A DNA stretch of 64,000 nt from Oscillospiraceae bacterium (GTDB taxonomy: Bacteria; Bacillota; Clostridia; Oscillospirales; Oscillospiraceae): positions 2,995-66,994 of the forward strand of contig JBMNQH010000004.1 in assembly GCA_050944035.1 (NCBI GenBank), read 5' to 3'. Both the position numbers and the translations under genes were made by a program. Positions 1-10,007 of the stretch are shown here, piece after piece. Each line of letters opens with the position of its first letter. Position 1 is the first letter of the stretch. The notes beneath the pieces were generated by a model that was given only the letters and a program-made list of their open reading frames with translations, searched no databases and was not told where the DNA came from.

Positions 1-465
1 CAGGCGACCATTGACAGCGATGCCTTCGGAAGGGGCGTCCGCGCCAGATTGCCGGAGGCGCAGGTCACTTCAGTTGCCTGTCCAAAGTTGGTTCCACTCA
101 TTGAAACCGGACATACAGAGTCGACAGATCCGGAGCTGTGGGCAGCATTGACAGAATATCTTACGATAATTCAAAAAGCCGATGTGGATACGTTGATTCT
201 GGGCTGTACACACTATCCTTTGCTGTGGGAGAGTATCAGCTCCTGGCTTGGCAGAGATGTTACATTGATTAGTTCCGGTGCGGCAGCAGCCCATGCGTTA
301 CGGGCTTATCTATATACGCATGCACTTTTGGCAGAAGAGAATCGGCAGGGGAACGGCCTGTACTATACCAGCGGCAGCGCCAAGGCATTTGCAACAGCAG
401 CATCTATCCTGTTTGACAGAGAGTTGCCCGGGGAGGTACGGGAAATTGTACCATTTGCGCTTTGA
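1..465 (+). CDS. murI: Glutamate racemase, C-terminal part (5' end lies outside the window)
   Basis: Frame 1 is open from base 1. Contains ACPKLVPLIE and DTLILGCTHYPLL, typical Asp/Glu racemase motifs. Confidence 0.85.
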   Translation, partial: QATIDSDAFGRGVRARLPEAQVTSVACPKLVPLIETGHTESTDPELWAALTEYLTIIQKADVDTLILGCTHYPLLWESISSWLGRDVTLISSGAAAAHALRAYLYTHALLAEENRQGNGLYYTSGSAKAFATAASILFDRELPGEVREIVPFAL

Positions 466-538
466 CAATGCCGGAAAATTGGGATATCATACGCCGATCA
501 AGTAGAAATTTAAACAATACTATAGGATAGCAATATTT

Positions 539-973
539 ATGTTAGAAATGAGAGAAGCTGTGATCTCCATTCGGGGAACGCAGGACTATGGCGAGGGCGA
601 AGATGCCACCATTGAGCTGGTCACAGAAGGGTATTATGGATATCAGCAGGACTTTATCAAGCTGACCTATATGGAGACTGAGCTGACCGGACTGCAGGGT
701 ACCTGTACCACATTTGAGGTTCGTCCCAGCGGTGTGATTATGACCCGCGAAGGCGTGCTCACCAGCCAAATGGTATTCGAAGAAGGAAAAAAGTATTCCT
801 CGATGTATGAGACACCGTTTGGTTCTTCTATGATGGGAGTTGACACGCAGAAAATCTGCAATTCCCTTGGGGAGCGCGGGGGAAGTCTGCAAATCTATTA
901 TGTTGTTGACTTTGATCACACAGTCGTTGGAAAAAATTCGTTTCATATTACAGTTAAAGAAATTAAAAGCTGA
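539..973 (+). CDS. DUF1934 (YwiB-like) beta-barrel protein
   Basis: 144 aa. Sits immediately upstream of argS, the usual Firmicute position for DUF1934 proteins. Confidence 0.6.
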   Translation: MLEMREAVISIRGTQDYGEGEDATIELVTEGYYGYQQDFIKLTYMETELTGLQGTCTTFEVRPSGVIMTREGVLTSQMVFEEGKKYSSMYETPFGSSMMGVDTQKICNSLGERGGSLQIYYVVDFDHTVVGKNSFHITVKEIKS

Positions 974-987
974 AAGAGGGTATCACA

Positions 988-2685
988 ATGGCAAATTTAA
1001 TTGAGCAGGCAAAACTTGAAATAGATGCATTGATTCAGGCCGCCTATGAGAAGGCGGCAGAAGCCGGTGCGCTTCCCGGGGGGGAAACACTGACCGGTAT
1101 CGTGGAAATTCCAAAAGATACCAAAAATGGTGACTATGCTGCAAACCATGCAATGGCAGGAGTCAAAACCCTGCATATGGCGCCCCGGAAGATTGCGGAC
1201 GCATTGGTTACAGCGATGGATCTGTCTGGCAGCTATTTTTCTGGTGTGGAAGTTGCAGGACCTGGATTTATGAATTTCCGCCTTTCTGACAAATGGTATG
1301 CACAGGTTCTGGCAGATGTTGAGGCAGAGGGAATGGACTATGGCCGCATCAACGTTGGCAAAGGCGAGCGGGTCATGGTTGAATTTGTCTCCGCCAATCC
1401 GACAGGACCCATGACGATCGGCAATGCACGCGGCGGCGTTTTAGGCGATGCACTGGCTTCTGTTCTGGAGCGAGCGGGCTATGATGTGTGGCGTGAATTT
1501 TATGTCAATGACGCCGGCAATCAGGTGGATCTGTTTGGCAAATCCATCGAGGCGCGATACTTACAGATTTTGCATGGCGAAGATGCCGTGGAGTTTCCGG
1601 ATAATGGTTATCATGGGGACGATATCAAAAAGCTGGCACAGCTTATTTACGAGCGGGATGGCGACAAGTATGACACAATGGAATCCGCAGTTCGCTGCAA
1701 AGCATTTGTCGAATTTGGGCTTCCCTATAACATCAAACTGATGCAGGAGCATTTGGAACGGTATCGTGTGCACTTTGATCAATGGTTCCTGGAAAGCAGC
1801 TTGCATGAGAGCGGCTATGTTGCTGAAACTGTGCAGCTTTTGACCGACGGCGGCTACACCTATGAGAAGGAGGGTGCGCTTTGGCTCCGAAATACCGAAT
1901 TCGGTGCGGATAAAGACGAAGTCCTGCGCCGTGCAAACGGATTCTATACCTATTATGCTGTAGATATTGCCTATCACAGAAATAAGTTTATTGAACGGGG
2001 TTTTGATCGCGTTATCGATGTCTGGGGTGCTGACCACCACGGACATGCCATCCGTTTTGCTGCTTCGATGACTGCACCTGTTCTGGGATTGCAAAATAAG
2101 AAACTCGATTTCTTAATTATGCAGATGGTTCGTCTGGTTCGTGGCAATGAAGTGGTAAAAGTTTCCAAGCGTACCGGCAAGGCGCTGACGCTGAACGATT
2201 TGATGGATGAAATCGGTGTGGATGCCTGTCGCTTCTTCTACAATGCCAAGCCCGATACCCATCTGGAATTCGACCTTGACCTCGCCGTACGGCAGGACAG
2301 CGAAAATCCCGTTTATTATGTCCAGTATGCACATGCCAGAATCTGCACATTGATCGCAGCGCTGGAAGAGGAAGGACATGCTGTCCCTGCGTGGAGAGAT
2401 GTGGATATCTCTAAATTGGCAACCGAGCATGAACGCGATCTGATCAAGCAGTTGTCCCTGTTGCCAGAGGAGATCCGTGTTGCAGCTAAGGATTATGATC
2501 CGTCCCGGATCAATCGCTATGTCATTGATTTGGCTGCACGCTTCCATCGCTTCTATAACAATTGCCGTATCAAGGATGCGGAGCCCGGTGTCCTGGAAGC
2601 ACGGTTGAAACTGGCAGATGAGGTTCGCACAGTCATCGCAGCGAGTCTTGCCATTATTGGGGTGTCTGCACCCGTTAAAATGTAA
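988..2685 (+). CDS. argS: Arginine--tRNA ligase
   Basis: 565 aa. Class I synthetase signatures (SANPTGPMTIGNARG, KVSKRTG) and an anticodon-binding C-terminus. Confidence 0.95.
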   Translation: MANLIEQAKLEIDALIQAAYEKAAEAGALPGGETLTGIVEIPKDTKNGDYAANHAMAGVKTLHMAPRKIADALVTAMDLSGSYFSGVEVAGPGFMNFRLSDKWYAQVLADVEAEGMDYGRINVGKGERVMVEFVSANPTGPMTIGNARGGVLGDALASVLERAGYDVWREFYVNDAGNQVDLFGKSIEARYLQILHGEDAVEFPDNGYHGDDIKKLAQLIYERDGDKYDTMESAVRCKAFVEFGLPYNIKLMQEHLERYRVHFDQWFLESSLHESGYVAETVQLLTDGGYTYEKEGALWLRNTEFGADKDEVLRRANGFYTYYAVDIAYHRNKFIERGFDRVIDVWGADHHGHAIRFAASMTAPVLGLQNKKLDFLIMQMVRLVRGNEVVKVSKRTGKALTLNDLMDEIGVDACRFFYNAKPDTHLEFDLDLAVRQDSENPVYYVQYAHARICTLIAALEEEGHAVPAWRDVDISKLATEHERDLIKQLSLLPEEIRVAAKDYDPSRINRYVIDLAARFHRFYNNCRIKDAEPGVLEARLKLADEVRTVIAASLAIIGVSAPVKM

Positions 2686-2747
2686 TCAATTCATTTTGTT
2701 AGAAAGAGGATATCTGTGAGAAACAGATATCCTCTTTCTGTTTTCTT

Positions 2748-3272
2748 TCAAGCGCCCCAAAACAGTCGGACAACAAAGGAAGCAGCAACAAAAGCGGCGA
2801 GATCGGCAGCCAGCGCTGCCGGAATCGCATGTCTGGTGCGCTTAATACCTGCGGCACCAAAATAGACCGCAATAACGTAGAAGGTTGTTTCAGTGGAACC
2901 AAGCATGACCGCAGCAGTGCGGCCAATCAAAGAATCCGCGCCGTACTGTGCAATGAGCTCTGAGCCCGCAGCCAATGCGCCGCTGCCGCTGACGGGACGC
3001 AGAACCAGAAGTGATGCGGTTTCGGGCGGAATACCCAGCCATTGCAGCAACGGTGTGCAAACAGATGCCAGCAAGTCCAATGCGCCGCTGGCGCGAAGCA
3101 TAGCGACCGCAGGCAGCAGGCAGATCAGTGCCGGTAAAATCCGCAGCAGTGTTTGAAATCCGTTTTTGGCTCCGTCCAGCATGGCGGAGAAGGCGTCCAC
3201 ATCCCGCAGTGTGGCATAGAGTGCAACGCCGCCGAGGATGAGTGGAGCAATCAGTGCAAGTAAAGTATTCAT
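2748..3272 (-). CDS. spmB: Spore maturation protein B (nucleoside-recognition membrane protein)
   Basis: 174-aa polytopic membrane protein. Overlaps the spmA stop by 4 nt. Confidence 0.75.
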   Translation of the reverse strand: MNTLLALIAPLILGGVALYATLRDVDAFSAMLDGAKNGFQTLLRILPALICLLPAVAMLRASGALDLLASVCTPLLQWLGIPPETASLLVLRPVSGSGALAAGSELIAQYGADSLIGRTAAVMLGSTETTFYVIAVYFGAAGIKRTRHAIPAALAADLAAFVAASFVVRLFWGA

Positions 3273-3868
3273 ACGCGGGTCAAACGTGAGAGCAGGCGTG
3301 CTGCTGTGATGCCGACGGTGACCGAGAAAACCGAACTGAGAAACACAGCCGGTAAAATGTCAAATGCGGAAGAGGCACCAAGCGCTGCGCGGACGCTGGC
3401 AATGGTTGTAGGGAGCAACTGAATTGAAGCTGTGTTTAGAACCACCAGGAGACAAAGCTCATTGCTTGCTGTGGTTTTTCCGGTACGTTCCTGTAATCGA
3501 ACTGCTGCAGCGATCCCGGAAGAAGTGGCTGCATTGCCGAGTCCCAACAGATTGGCGCTTACGTTGGAGGCAAGAGATTCCAAGAGGAGGGGATCCTGTT
3601 TTGCGGAAGGGAAGAGTCGGGTGAGGAGCGGACGAAGCAGCCGCGCAAGGCGTTCGGACAGTCCACAACGGTGCATCACTTCAATAATTCCACACCAGAG
3701 GCAGAGTGCGCCGCCCATGGAAATACAAAGATTGACAGCGCTGGAAGCACCCTCCAGAGCTGCTTTTCCGACCGCTTCCACGTTTCCTGTTGCGATTCCA
3801 CAAACGATGGAAATAATGATCATGGATAGCCAGATAAAATTCATCAACATAGCTGAAAACCCCGTCAT
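3269..3868 (-). CDS. spmA: Spore maturation protein A
   Basis: 199-aa membrane protein, paired with spmB as in Bacillus and Clostridium. Confidence 0.75.
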   Translation of the reverse strand: MTGFSAMLMNFIWLSMIIISIVCGIATGNVEAVGKAALEGASSAVNLCISMGGALCLWCGIIEVMHRCGLSERLARLLRPLLTRLFPSAKQDPLLLESLASNVSANLLGLGNAATSSGIAAAVRLQERTGKTTASNELCLLVVLNTASIQLLPTTIASVRAALGASSAFDILPAVFLSSVFSVTVGITAARLLSRLTRV

Positions 3869-3919
3869 AATGATGGTAAATATTATGATATTTTAAGCAG
3901 ATTATACCAAAGTCACCGA

Positions 3920-3947
3920 TTGACATCTAGGGTTTGGATGCTATAAT
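3920..3947 (+). promoter_or_regulatory. Sigma-A type promoter of abrB
   Basis: TTGACA (3920-3925), 16-nt spacer, TG-extended TATAAT (3942-3947). Confidence 0.6.
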
Positions 3948-3975
3948 AAGAACTACCAATTGACAAAGGCATAAA

Positions 3976-4003
3976 AATTGCCGCTTCCAAGGAAGCGGCA
4001 ATT
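3976..4003 (+). promoter_or_regulatory. Perfect 13-bp-arm hairpin in the abrB leader
   Basis: AATTGCCGCTTCC-aa-GGAAGCGGCAATT, then GATTTCT and the RBS AGAGGAGAG. Confidence 0.55.
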
Positions 4004-4024
4004 GATTTCTAAGAGGAGAGAAAA

Positions 4025-4267
4025 ATGAAGTCAACAGGAATTGTTCGTAAAGTAGATGAACTGGGGAGAATTGTGCTGCCGATCGAACTGCGCAGGACGC
4101 TGGATATCGTAGAAAAAGATTGTTTGGAAATCTATGTTGATGAAGATACCATTATTCTGAGGAAGTATCAACCGGCCTGCGTTTTTTGTGATAATGCAAA
4201 AGACGTCATTACCTATAAGGGAAAGACGATCTGCCGTGCATGTATCAGAATGCTAGAGAATCTTTGA
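4025..4267 (+). CDS. abrB: AbrB/SpoVT-type transition-state regulator
   Basis: 80 aa. N-terminus MKSTGIVRKVDELGRIVLPIELRR is the swapped-hairpin AbrB domain. Adjacent to rsmI as in B. subtilis. Confidence 0.85.
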   Translation: MKSTGIVRKVDELGRIVLPIELRRTLDIVEKDCLEIYVDEDTIILRKYQPACVFCDNAKDVITYKGKTICRACIRMLENL

Positions 4268-4323
4268 GATCTCTGTTCCACACAAGTTTATAAAACCGAA
4301 TTATAAAAACCGTTTGAAATCAT

Positions 4324-5157
4324 TCAGTGTTGCTTAACTGCTAGGTCGTACAACTCATTTTTTGAGTATCCGCTCTCTGTGGCGGCGAGCTTTGCGGCCT
4401 CTTTGAGGGATTTTCCCTCTTCACGGTACTGGGTTACCAGTGTCAGAGCCTCTTCTGCTGAAAGTTTTGAACGGTTTTTTTGTTCTGCACCGTGAAGAAT
4501 CAGCACAAACTCTCCTTTGGGATAGCGTTCCTCTTCAAACAGTGTGATGGCGCCGGAGAGTGTGGTGCGGATCACTTCCTCATGCAGTTTGGTCAGTTCT
4601 CGGCAGAGCGCAATCTTACGGTCACCGAATGCCTGTAGCATATCGTGCAGCGTATTGACCAGCTTATGCGGTGCCTCGTAGAAAATCATGGTTCTGCTCT
4701 CTTCTTTCAGAGATTCTAAATGCTGAGAGCGGCTTTTTTTAGAAGTGGAGAGAAAGCCTTCAAAGCAAAATCGTTGGGTTGGCAGACCGCTGGCGGCCAG
4801 CGCAGAGACGGCGGCGCAGGGGCCCGGAACAGTAATCACGGTCACACCATTTTCTGCACAGAGACGCACAAGATCCTCTCCGGGGTCGCTGATGGCGGGC
4901 ATACCGGCATCGGTGACCAATGCGCAGCTTTCTCCCTCTTGTAGCCGGGAGAGAATTTTTTGCCCGCTGCCGACGCGGTTGTGTTCAAAATAACTGACCA
5001 TGGGTTTGTAAATGTTGAAGTAGTTTAGCAGCTTGAGCGTGACGCGGGTGTCCTCTGCTGCGATAAAATCAACGGATTCAAGCGTGCGCTTTGCGCGGGG
5101 AGAAAAGTCGGAAAGATTACCAATTGGTGTACCGACGAGATAAAGAATTCCGCTCAT
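4324..5157 (-). CDS. rsmI: 16S rRNA (cytidine1402-2'-O)-methyltransferase
   Basis: 277 aa. LYLVGTPIGNLSD and the tetrapyrrole-methylase fold signature. Confidence 0.9.
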   Translation of the reverse strand: MSGILYLVGTPIGNLSDFSPRAKRTLESVDFIAAEDTRVTLKLLNYFNIYKPMVSYFEHNRVGSGQKILSRLQEGESCALVTDAGMPAISDPGEDLVRLCAENGVTVITVPGPCAAVSALAASGLPTQRFCFEGFLSTSKKSRSQHLESLKEESRTMIFYEAPHKLVNTLHDMLQAFGDRKIALCRELTKLHEEVIRTTLSGAITLFEEERYPKGEFVLILHGAEQKNRSKLSAEEALTLVTQYREEGKSLKEAAKLAATESGYSKNELYDLAVKQH

Positions 5158-5933
5158 TGTAATGTAACTTCCTTTTTTATTGAAGATTGAGCAGCTGTTT
5201 CCGGAGCAGAGACAGCCGTACGGTGGTATATATTAAGAACGGCATCAGAATGAGAGCCGTCGGGATTGGTCAGAACCAATGGAGCCTCAATGGTCAGGCC
5301 GGGTTTTCCACCGCGCCGTCCCTCTACCAGTACCAGACTGGGGTCAGAATCACTGCGGTGACAGACCAGCTGCAGACGTTTCGGTTCGATACCGGCGCGG
5401 GTCATGGTGCAGAAAAGCTCCGATAGCCGTTCTGGGCGATGCACAACGGCGAAGTTACCGCCCCAGCGGCACAGATAACCGACAGCAGTACAGAGGTCTG
5501 TCAGGTTGCAGCTGCGTTCATCACGTGCGATGGCACGGCTGGAAACCGGTGCAGATTTCCCGCTGCGTTCGGCAAAATAGGGAGGATTGGACACCACAAG
5601 GTCATAGACGCCGGCTTCAAGAAATTGCCGATGCATGCGCAAATCGGCATGATGGATTGTTGCGCGATCCAATAGACCATTGGCTTCCAGGTTCTTCCTG
5701 GAAAGTGCCGCAGACTCTTGTTGGATTTCGATTCCTTCTATTAAGAGTTTGGGATTTTTTTCACAGAGCAGGACGGTCAGAACACCGGCGCCGCTGCCGA
5801 GATCGATGCAGCGTTTCACTCTTGTCGTGTTGGCAAAGTGTGCGAGCAGTACAGAATCTGTACCGAGTTTAAAGCCGTCGTTCGACTGCAAAAACTTGGG
5901 GCCGCCAGGCCACAACTCATCAAAATTGGACAT
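5154..5933 (-). CDS. SAM-dependent methyltransferase, tRNA1(Val) m6A37 (YabB/TrmN6-like)
   Basis: 259 aa. Has the DLGSGAG SAM motif and the NPPY catalytic motif. Overlaps rsmI by 4 nt. Confidence 0.75.
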   Translation of the reverse strand: MSNFDELWPGGPKFLQSNDGFKLGTDSVLLAHFANTTRVKRCIDLGSGAGVLTVLLCEKNPKLLIEGIEIQQESAALSRKNLEANGLLDRATIHHADLRMHRQFLEAGVYDLVVSNPPYFAERSGKSAPVSSRAIARDERSCNLTDLCTAVGYLCRWGGNFAVVHRPERLSELFCTMTRAGIEPKRLQLVCHRSDSDPSLVLVEGRRGGKPGLTIEAPLVLTNPDGSHSDAVLNIYHRTAVSAPETAAQSSIKKEVTLQ

Positions 5934-5975
5934 GATTGATCACCAGAAATTAGAGAATATTATGGCGGGAAATAT

Positions 5976-6014
5976 GAAGAATGGGCGATATGCAGAGCAT
6001 ATCGCCCATTCTTC
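5976..6014 (-). terminator. 18-bp perfect-stem hairpin downstream of the ferredoxin gene
   Basis: GAAGAATGGGCGATATGC-aga-GCATATCGCCCATTCTTC. Confidence 0.6.
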
Positions 6015-6036
6015 ATTGAAGTCAATCAAATTCTGA

Positions 6037-6207
6037 TTATTCTTCAGTAATAGCACCGATGGGACATGTGTCAACACAGGCACCACAGGAAACACATTCG
6101 TCAGCGTTGATTACATAAGTATCAGCGCCCTCGGTAATAGCGCCAACAGCGCAACCATCTGCGCAAGAACCGCAAGAAACGCAATCGCTACCAATAACGT
6201 ATGCCAT
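6037..6207 (-). CDS. fdx: Clostridial-type 2x[4Fe-4S] ferredoxin, 56 aa (below the ORF-track cut-off)
   Basis: Own translation: MAYVIGSDCVSCGSCADGCAVGAITEGADTYVINADECVSCGACVDTCPIGAITEE. Two CxxCxxCxxxC motifs. GGAGG RBS 8 nt upstream. TG-extended TACAAT promoter upstream. Confidence 0.9.
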   Translation of the reverse strand: MAYVIGSDCVSCGSCADGCAVGAITEGADTYVINADECVSCGACVDTCPIGAITEE

Positions 6208-6392
6208 GATAATACCTCCATATTATTTGTCCTGATGCAGGACTGAGTTACGCCTGTATTGTAACATAAAAATAAAAAAAATCAATGACTTTTTCAAACA
6301 TGGAAAAGTTTTTTCAAAAAAATTTCAAAAAAGAAGAAATCGGGAGCATTTGCGAGAAAACAAGAGATAATAAGAGATGAATGGAAATGAAT

Positions 6393-6472
6393 AGTCAAGA
6401 AAGGTCAAAAATGGAAGTTGCAAATTTGACCTTTCTTGACTATTATAAAAGCGAAGATCAGGAAAGGTCAAA
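6393..6472 (+). promoter_or_regulatory. Three CtsR operator boxes in front of ctsR
   Basis: AGTCAAGAAAGGTCAAA (6393-6409). Its exact reverse complement lies at 6425-6441. ATCAGGAAAGGTCAAA at 6457-6472. All fit the A/GGTCAAA-NAN-A/GGTCAAA consensus. Confidence 0.8.
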
Positions 6473-6525
6473 ACAGAAAACAAAAGAAATCATTCCCAGA
6501 ATGGTTCAAAAAGGAGTAGAGAAAC

Positions 6526-6981
6526 ATGGGAACCAGTGATTTGATCGCCAGATTCATTCTGGATGCGATCGACGAAGCCAACGGAATCGCAGAACTGAAA
6601 CGAGTGACGCTGGCAGAGCAGTTCAGTTGTGTGCCGAGTCAGATCAATTATGTCATATCGACACGGTTTTCACCGGAACATGGCTATATTGTGGAATCGA
6701 GACGAGGCGGCGGGGGATATATCCGGATTACCCGCGTGCATTCTACCCCAAAACAGCTGATTATGCACATTGTCAATTCCATCGGCAGTTCGATTGACCT
6801 TCCAACCGCAAACGCCTTTCTCTCCAATGCAATGGAGGCCGATGCAATCGATAAAAAAAGCATAAAGCTGATCCAGACTGCAATTGGCAATGCTGCGTTG
6901 CGGCCGGTACCTGCAGAACTGCGTGATACAGTTCGAGCTTCTATTTTAAAATATATGCTGGTCGGGTATATTTCCGACTAA
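6526..6981 (+). CDS. ctsR: Class III stress-gene repressor CtsR
   Basis: 151 aa. Contains SQINYVISTRF and the glycine-rich loop ESRRGGGGYIRI. Confidence 0.92.
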   Translation: MGTSDLIARFILDAIDEANGIAELKRVTLAEQFSCVPSQINYVISTRFSPEHGYIVESRRGGGGYIRITRVHSTPKQLIMHIVNSIGSSIDLPTANAFLSNAMEADAIDKKSIKLIQTAIGNAALRPVPAELRDTVRASILKYMLVGYISD

Positions 6982-6995
6982 AGGAGGTTTTTATC

Positions 6996-7496
6996 ATGAA
7001 GTGTGAAAAATGCAACAAGAACGAGGCAATCCTCCATTATACAATGAATATCAACGGAGAGTTCAGCGAGCGTCATCTCTGTGCAGACTGTGCACGGGAA
7101 GAGGGCTTTGGCGAAATGTTCCATGACAATCTGTTCGGCTTTGGCGACAGTCTGTTTGACCGGAGCTTTGGCTACAATAGAATGGGGCGCAGCCTGTTTG
7201 ACAGCTTCTTTGGCGGAAGCATGTTCCCCAGCTTTGGACGCAGCCTGATGGCACCGTCCATCGCCTTCCCCAGAATCCAGGTTACGCTGGATAACCACAG
7301 ACAGAACACCACCGCACCAGAGCGGGCAGCCGTCTCAGCCGATGAGAAAATTCCGCAGGATGCTGGAAACGAAATCCGGCAGAAGCGCGAACTTAACGCA
7401 CTGAGGCATCAGCTAGAACAGGCAATTCGTGCAGAAGAGTTTGAGAAGTGCATTGAGCTGCGTCAGAAGATCCAGGAACTGGAACAGAATCACTAA
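6996..7496 (+). CDS. McsA-like UvrB/UvrC-motif protein
   Basis: 166 aa. N-terminal CxxC...CxxC, an F/G-rich middle, and a C-terminal UVR motif (LEQAIRAEEFEKCIELRQKIQELE). Confidence 0.7.
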   Translation: MKCEKCNKNEAILHYTMNINGEFSERHLCADCAREEGFGEMFHDNLFGFGDSLFDRSFGYNRMGRSLFDSFFGGSMFPSFGRSLMAPSIAFPRIQVTLDNHRQNTTAPERAAVSADEKIPQDAGNEIRQKRELNALRHQLEQAIRAEEFEKCIELRQKIQELEQNH

Positions 7497-7535
7497 GAAT
7501 CCGCTTTCCCGTTTGACAAAAAGGAGGGAAACACT

Positions 7536-9998
7536 ATGAGAAATTTTGATCGTTTTACCGAGCGTGCAAAGCTCGCGATTGAAAGGGCAGGGGAATCCGC
7601 AACGGAACTGGGCCATAGCTATATCGGTACCGAGCATCTGCTGCTCGGTATCGCCAAAGAAGGCGAGGGCCTTGGTGCCAAGGTTCTGCGCGAGGCCGGT
7701 CTCGATGAGGCTCTGCTCGAAGAGATCGTGGAAAAATACGTGGGCAAGGGCGTGGCCGGAACGCCAGCACAGGGCTTGACTCCGCGTGCAAAATGCGTCA
7801 TTGAGCTCGCAGCTGAAAATGCTGCCCGTCTGGGTCACAGCTACGTTGGCACCGAACACCTGTTGATGGGGATTCTGCGCGAGCCGGAAAGTGCCGGTGC
7901 ACGCATTATCACATCTACCGGTTTGGATCTGAATACCCTGTACACCAACATCATTGATGTATTTGGTACGCCAGACTACAGCCGCGCCGGGAAACCCCAG
8001 GGCGGACAGGGCAGAAGCAACAGCAAACGCGGTGACACCAAGACACTGGATCAGTACAGCCGCGATCTGACCGAGGCCGCCGGAAAAGGACAGCTTGACC
8101 CCGTCATCGGCAGAGAAAAGGAAATCCAGCGTGTTATTCAGATTTTGTCCCGCCGTACCAAGAACAATCCGGTTCTGATCGGTGAGCCCGGCGTTGGTAA
8201 AACTGCCATCGCAGAAGGACTGGCGCAGCGCGTTTATGTCGGCGATGTCCCCGCAGAACTGGCCGATAAACGCATCGTCTCGCTGGATTTGACCGGTATG
8301 CTGGCCGGTACCAAGTACCGCGGTGACTTCGAGGAACGCATCAAGGCTGTGCTGGAGGAAGTCCAGAAGGCCGACAACATCATCCTCTTCATTGATGAAC
8401 TGCACACGATCATCGGTGCTGGCGCGGCCGAAGGCGCCATCGACGCTGCAAACATCATCAAACCGGCGCTGAGCCGCGGAGAATTGCAGATGATCGGCGC
8501 GACCACCATCGACGAGTACCGCAAACATATCGAAAAGGACGCCGCCCTGGAACGCCGTTTCCAGCCTGTGATGGTCGATGAACCGACCGAAGAGGAAAGT
8601 GTCAAGATCATTATGGGACTGCGCGACAAGTACGAAGCCCATCATAAACTGAAAATCACGGACGAGGCCATCCAGGCAGCGGTCAGCATGGCAAGCCGCT
8701 ATATCAACGACCGCTACCTGCCCGACAAGGCCATCGACCTGATGGATGAGGCGGCTTCCCGTGTCCGTATGGAGAGTCTGACTGCGCCCAAGGAGATTCA
8801 GGCAATCGAAAGCCGTATCCATGCTCTGAATGGAGAAAAAGAATCCGCTATCCGCGCACAGGATTTCGAGGGCGCAGCAAAATTCCGTGATCTGGAACGC
8901 GAGCAGCGCGAAGAGCTGGATAAGGTTCGGAAGCAGTGGGAGCAGAGCCGCGGCGGCAAACGCAGTAGCGTGACGCCGGAAGATATCGCAGCCGTGGTAT
9001 CCGGCTGGACCGGTGTTCCCGTTACCAGTCTGACCGAAGATGAAAGTGAACGGATGCTGAAAATGGAGGAGATTCTCCACAAGCGTGTGATCGGACAGGA
9101 CGAAGCCGTTTCTGCGGTTTCCCGCGCCATCCGTCGCGGACGTGTCGGCCTAAAAGACCCTAAACGTCCGATCGGCAGCTTCCTGTTCCTTGGTCCCACC
9201 GGCGTGGGCAAAACCGAGCTGTGCAAAGCGCTGGCAGAAGCCGTATTCGGCGACGAAGATGCTATGCTCCGTGTCGATATGTCCGAGTACATGGAAAAGC
9301 ACACGGTTTCCAAGCTCATCGGCTCGCCTCCGGGATATGTCGGCTATGACGAGGGCGGTCAGCTTACCGAAAAGGTGCGCCGCAAACCCTATTCCGTCAT
9401 CCTCTTCGATGAAATCGAAAAGGCACACGAGGATGTGTTCAACATCATGCTGCAAATCATGGAGGACGGCCAGTTGACCGACTCCCAGGGCAGACGTGTG
9501 GACTTCAAGAACACCATCATCGTCATGACCTCCAACGTCGGCGCAAAGAATATCACGGATCGCAAGAGTCAGCTCGGCTTCTCTGCCTCGGCAGGGGAAA
9601 GCGGAGAAATCAGTTCTGTGGAGGAAATCCGCGAAGCCGTAATGGGCGATTTGCGCCGTACCTTTAAACCGGAGTTTCTGAACCGTATCGACGACATCAT
9701 CGTATTCCATCAGCTGAGCCGTGAAAACATCCGCGAGATCGCGGGCAATATGATGCAGCACGTTGCAAAACGGCTGGAGAGTCTCGGCATCAAACTTACG
9801 GTCACCGATGAAGCCATCGACAAACTGGCGGATAAGGGCTTTGACCCCATCTATGGTGCCCGTCCCCTCCGCCGTGCAATCCAGAGCTCCATTGAGGATG
9901 CCGCCGCAGAGCGTATGCTGGAAGGCGTACTCAAAGAGGGCGACACTGCCGTTGCAACCGTGGTGGACGACAAGATCGTTGTGGAAAAAGCAAGCTAA
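7536..9998 (+). CDS. clpC: ATP-dependent Clp protease ATP-binding subunit ClpC
   Basis: 820 aa. Clp-N repeats, two Walker A sites ([16 protein letters not shown]), and a UVR linker. Confidence 0.95.
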   Translation: MRNFDRFTERAKLAIERAGESATELGHSYIGTEHLLLGIAKEGEGLGAKVLREAGLDEALLEEIVEKYVGKGVAGTPAQGLTPRAKCVIELAAENAARLGHSYVGTEHLLMGILREPESAGARIITSTGLDLNTLYTNIIDVFGTPDYSRAGKPQGGQGRSNSKRGDTKTLDQYSRDLTEAAGKGQLDPVIGREKEIQRVIQILSRRTKNNPVLIGEPGVGKTAIAEGLAQRVYVGDVPAELADKRIVSLDLTGMLAGTKYRGDFEERIKAVLEEVQKADNIILFIDELHTIIGAGAAEGAIDAANIIKPALSRGELQMIGATTIDEYRKHIEKDAALERRFQPVMVDEPTEEESVKIIMGLRDKYEAHHKLKITDEAIQAAVSMASRYINDRYLPDKAIDLMDEAASRVRMESLTAPKEIQAIESRIHALNGEKESAIRAQDFEGAAKFRDLEREQREELDKVRKQWEQSRGGKRSSVTPEDIAAVVSGWTGVPVTSLTEDESERMLKMEEILHKRVIGQDEAVSAVSRAIRRGRVGLKDPKRPIGSFLFLGPTGVGKTELCKALAEAVFGDEDAMLRVDMSEYMEKHTVSKLIGSPPGYVGYDEGGQLTEKVRRKPYSVILFDEIEKAHEDVFNIMLQIMEDGQLTDSQGRRVDFKNTIIVMTSNVGAKNITDRKSQLGFSASAGESGEISSVEEIREAVMGDLRRTFKPEFLNRIDDIIVFHQLSRENIREIAGNMMQHVAKRLESLGIKLTVTDEAIDKLADKGFDPIYGARPLRRAIQSSIEDAAAERMLEGVLKEGDTAVATVVDDKIVVEKAS

Positions 9999-10007
9999 CC
10001 TCTCATA

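Noticed and set aside
7413-9080. 555-aa minus-strand ORF.
   Set aside because: It is antisense to clpC. The composition is low-complexity (A/G/D/L rich), as expected from the reverse frame of a GC-rich gene, and there is no RBS.
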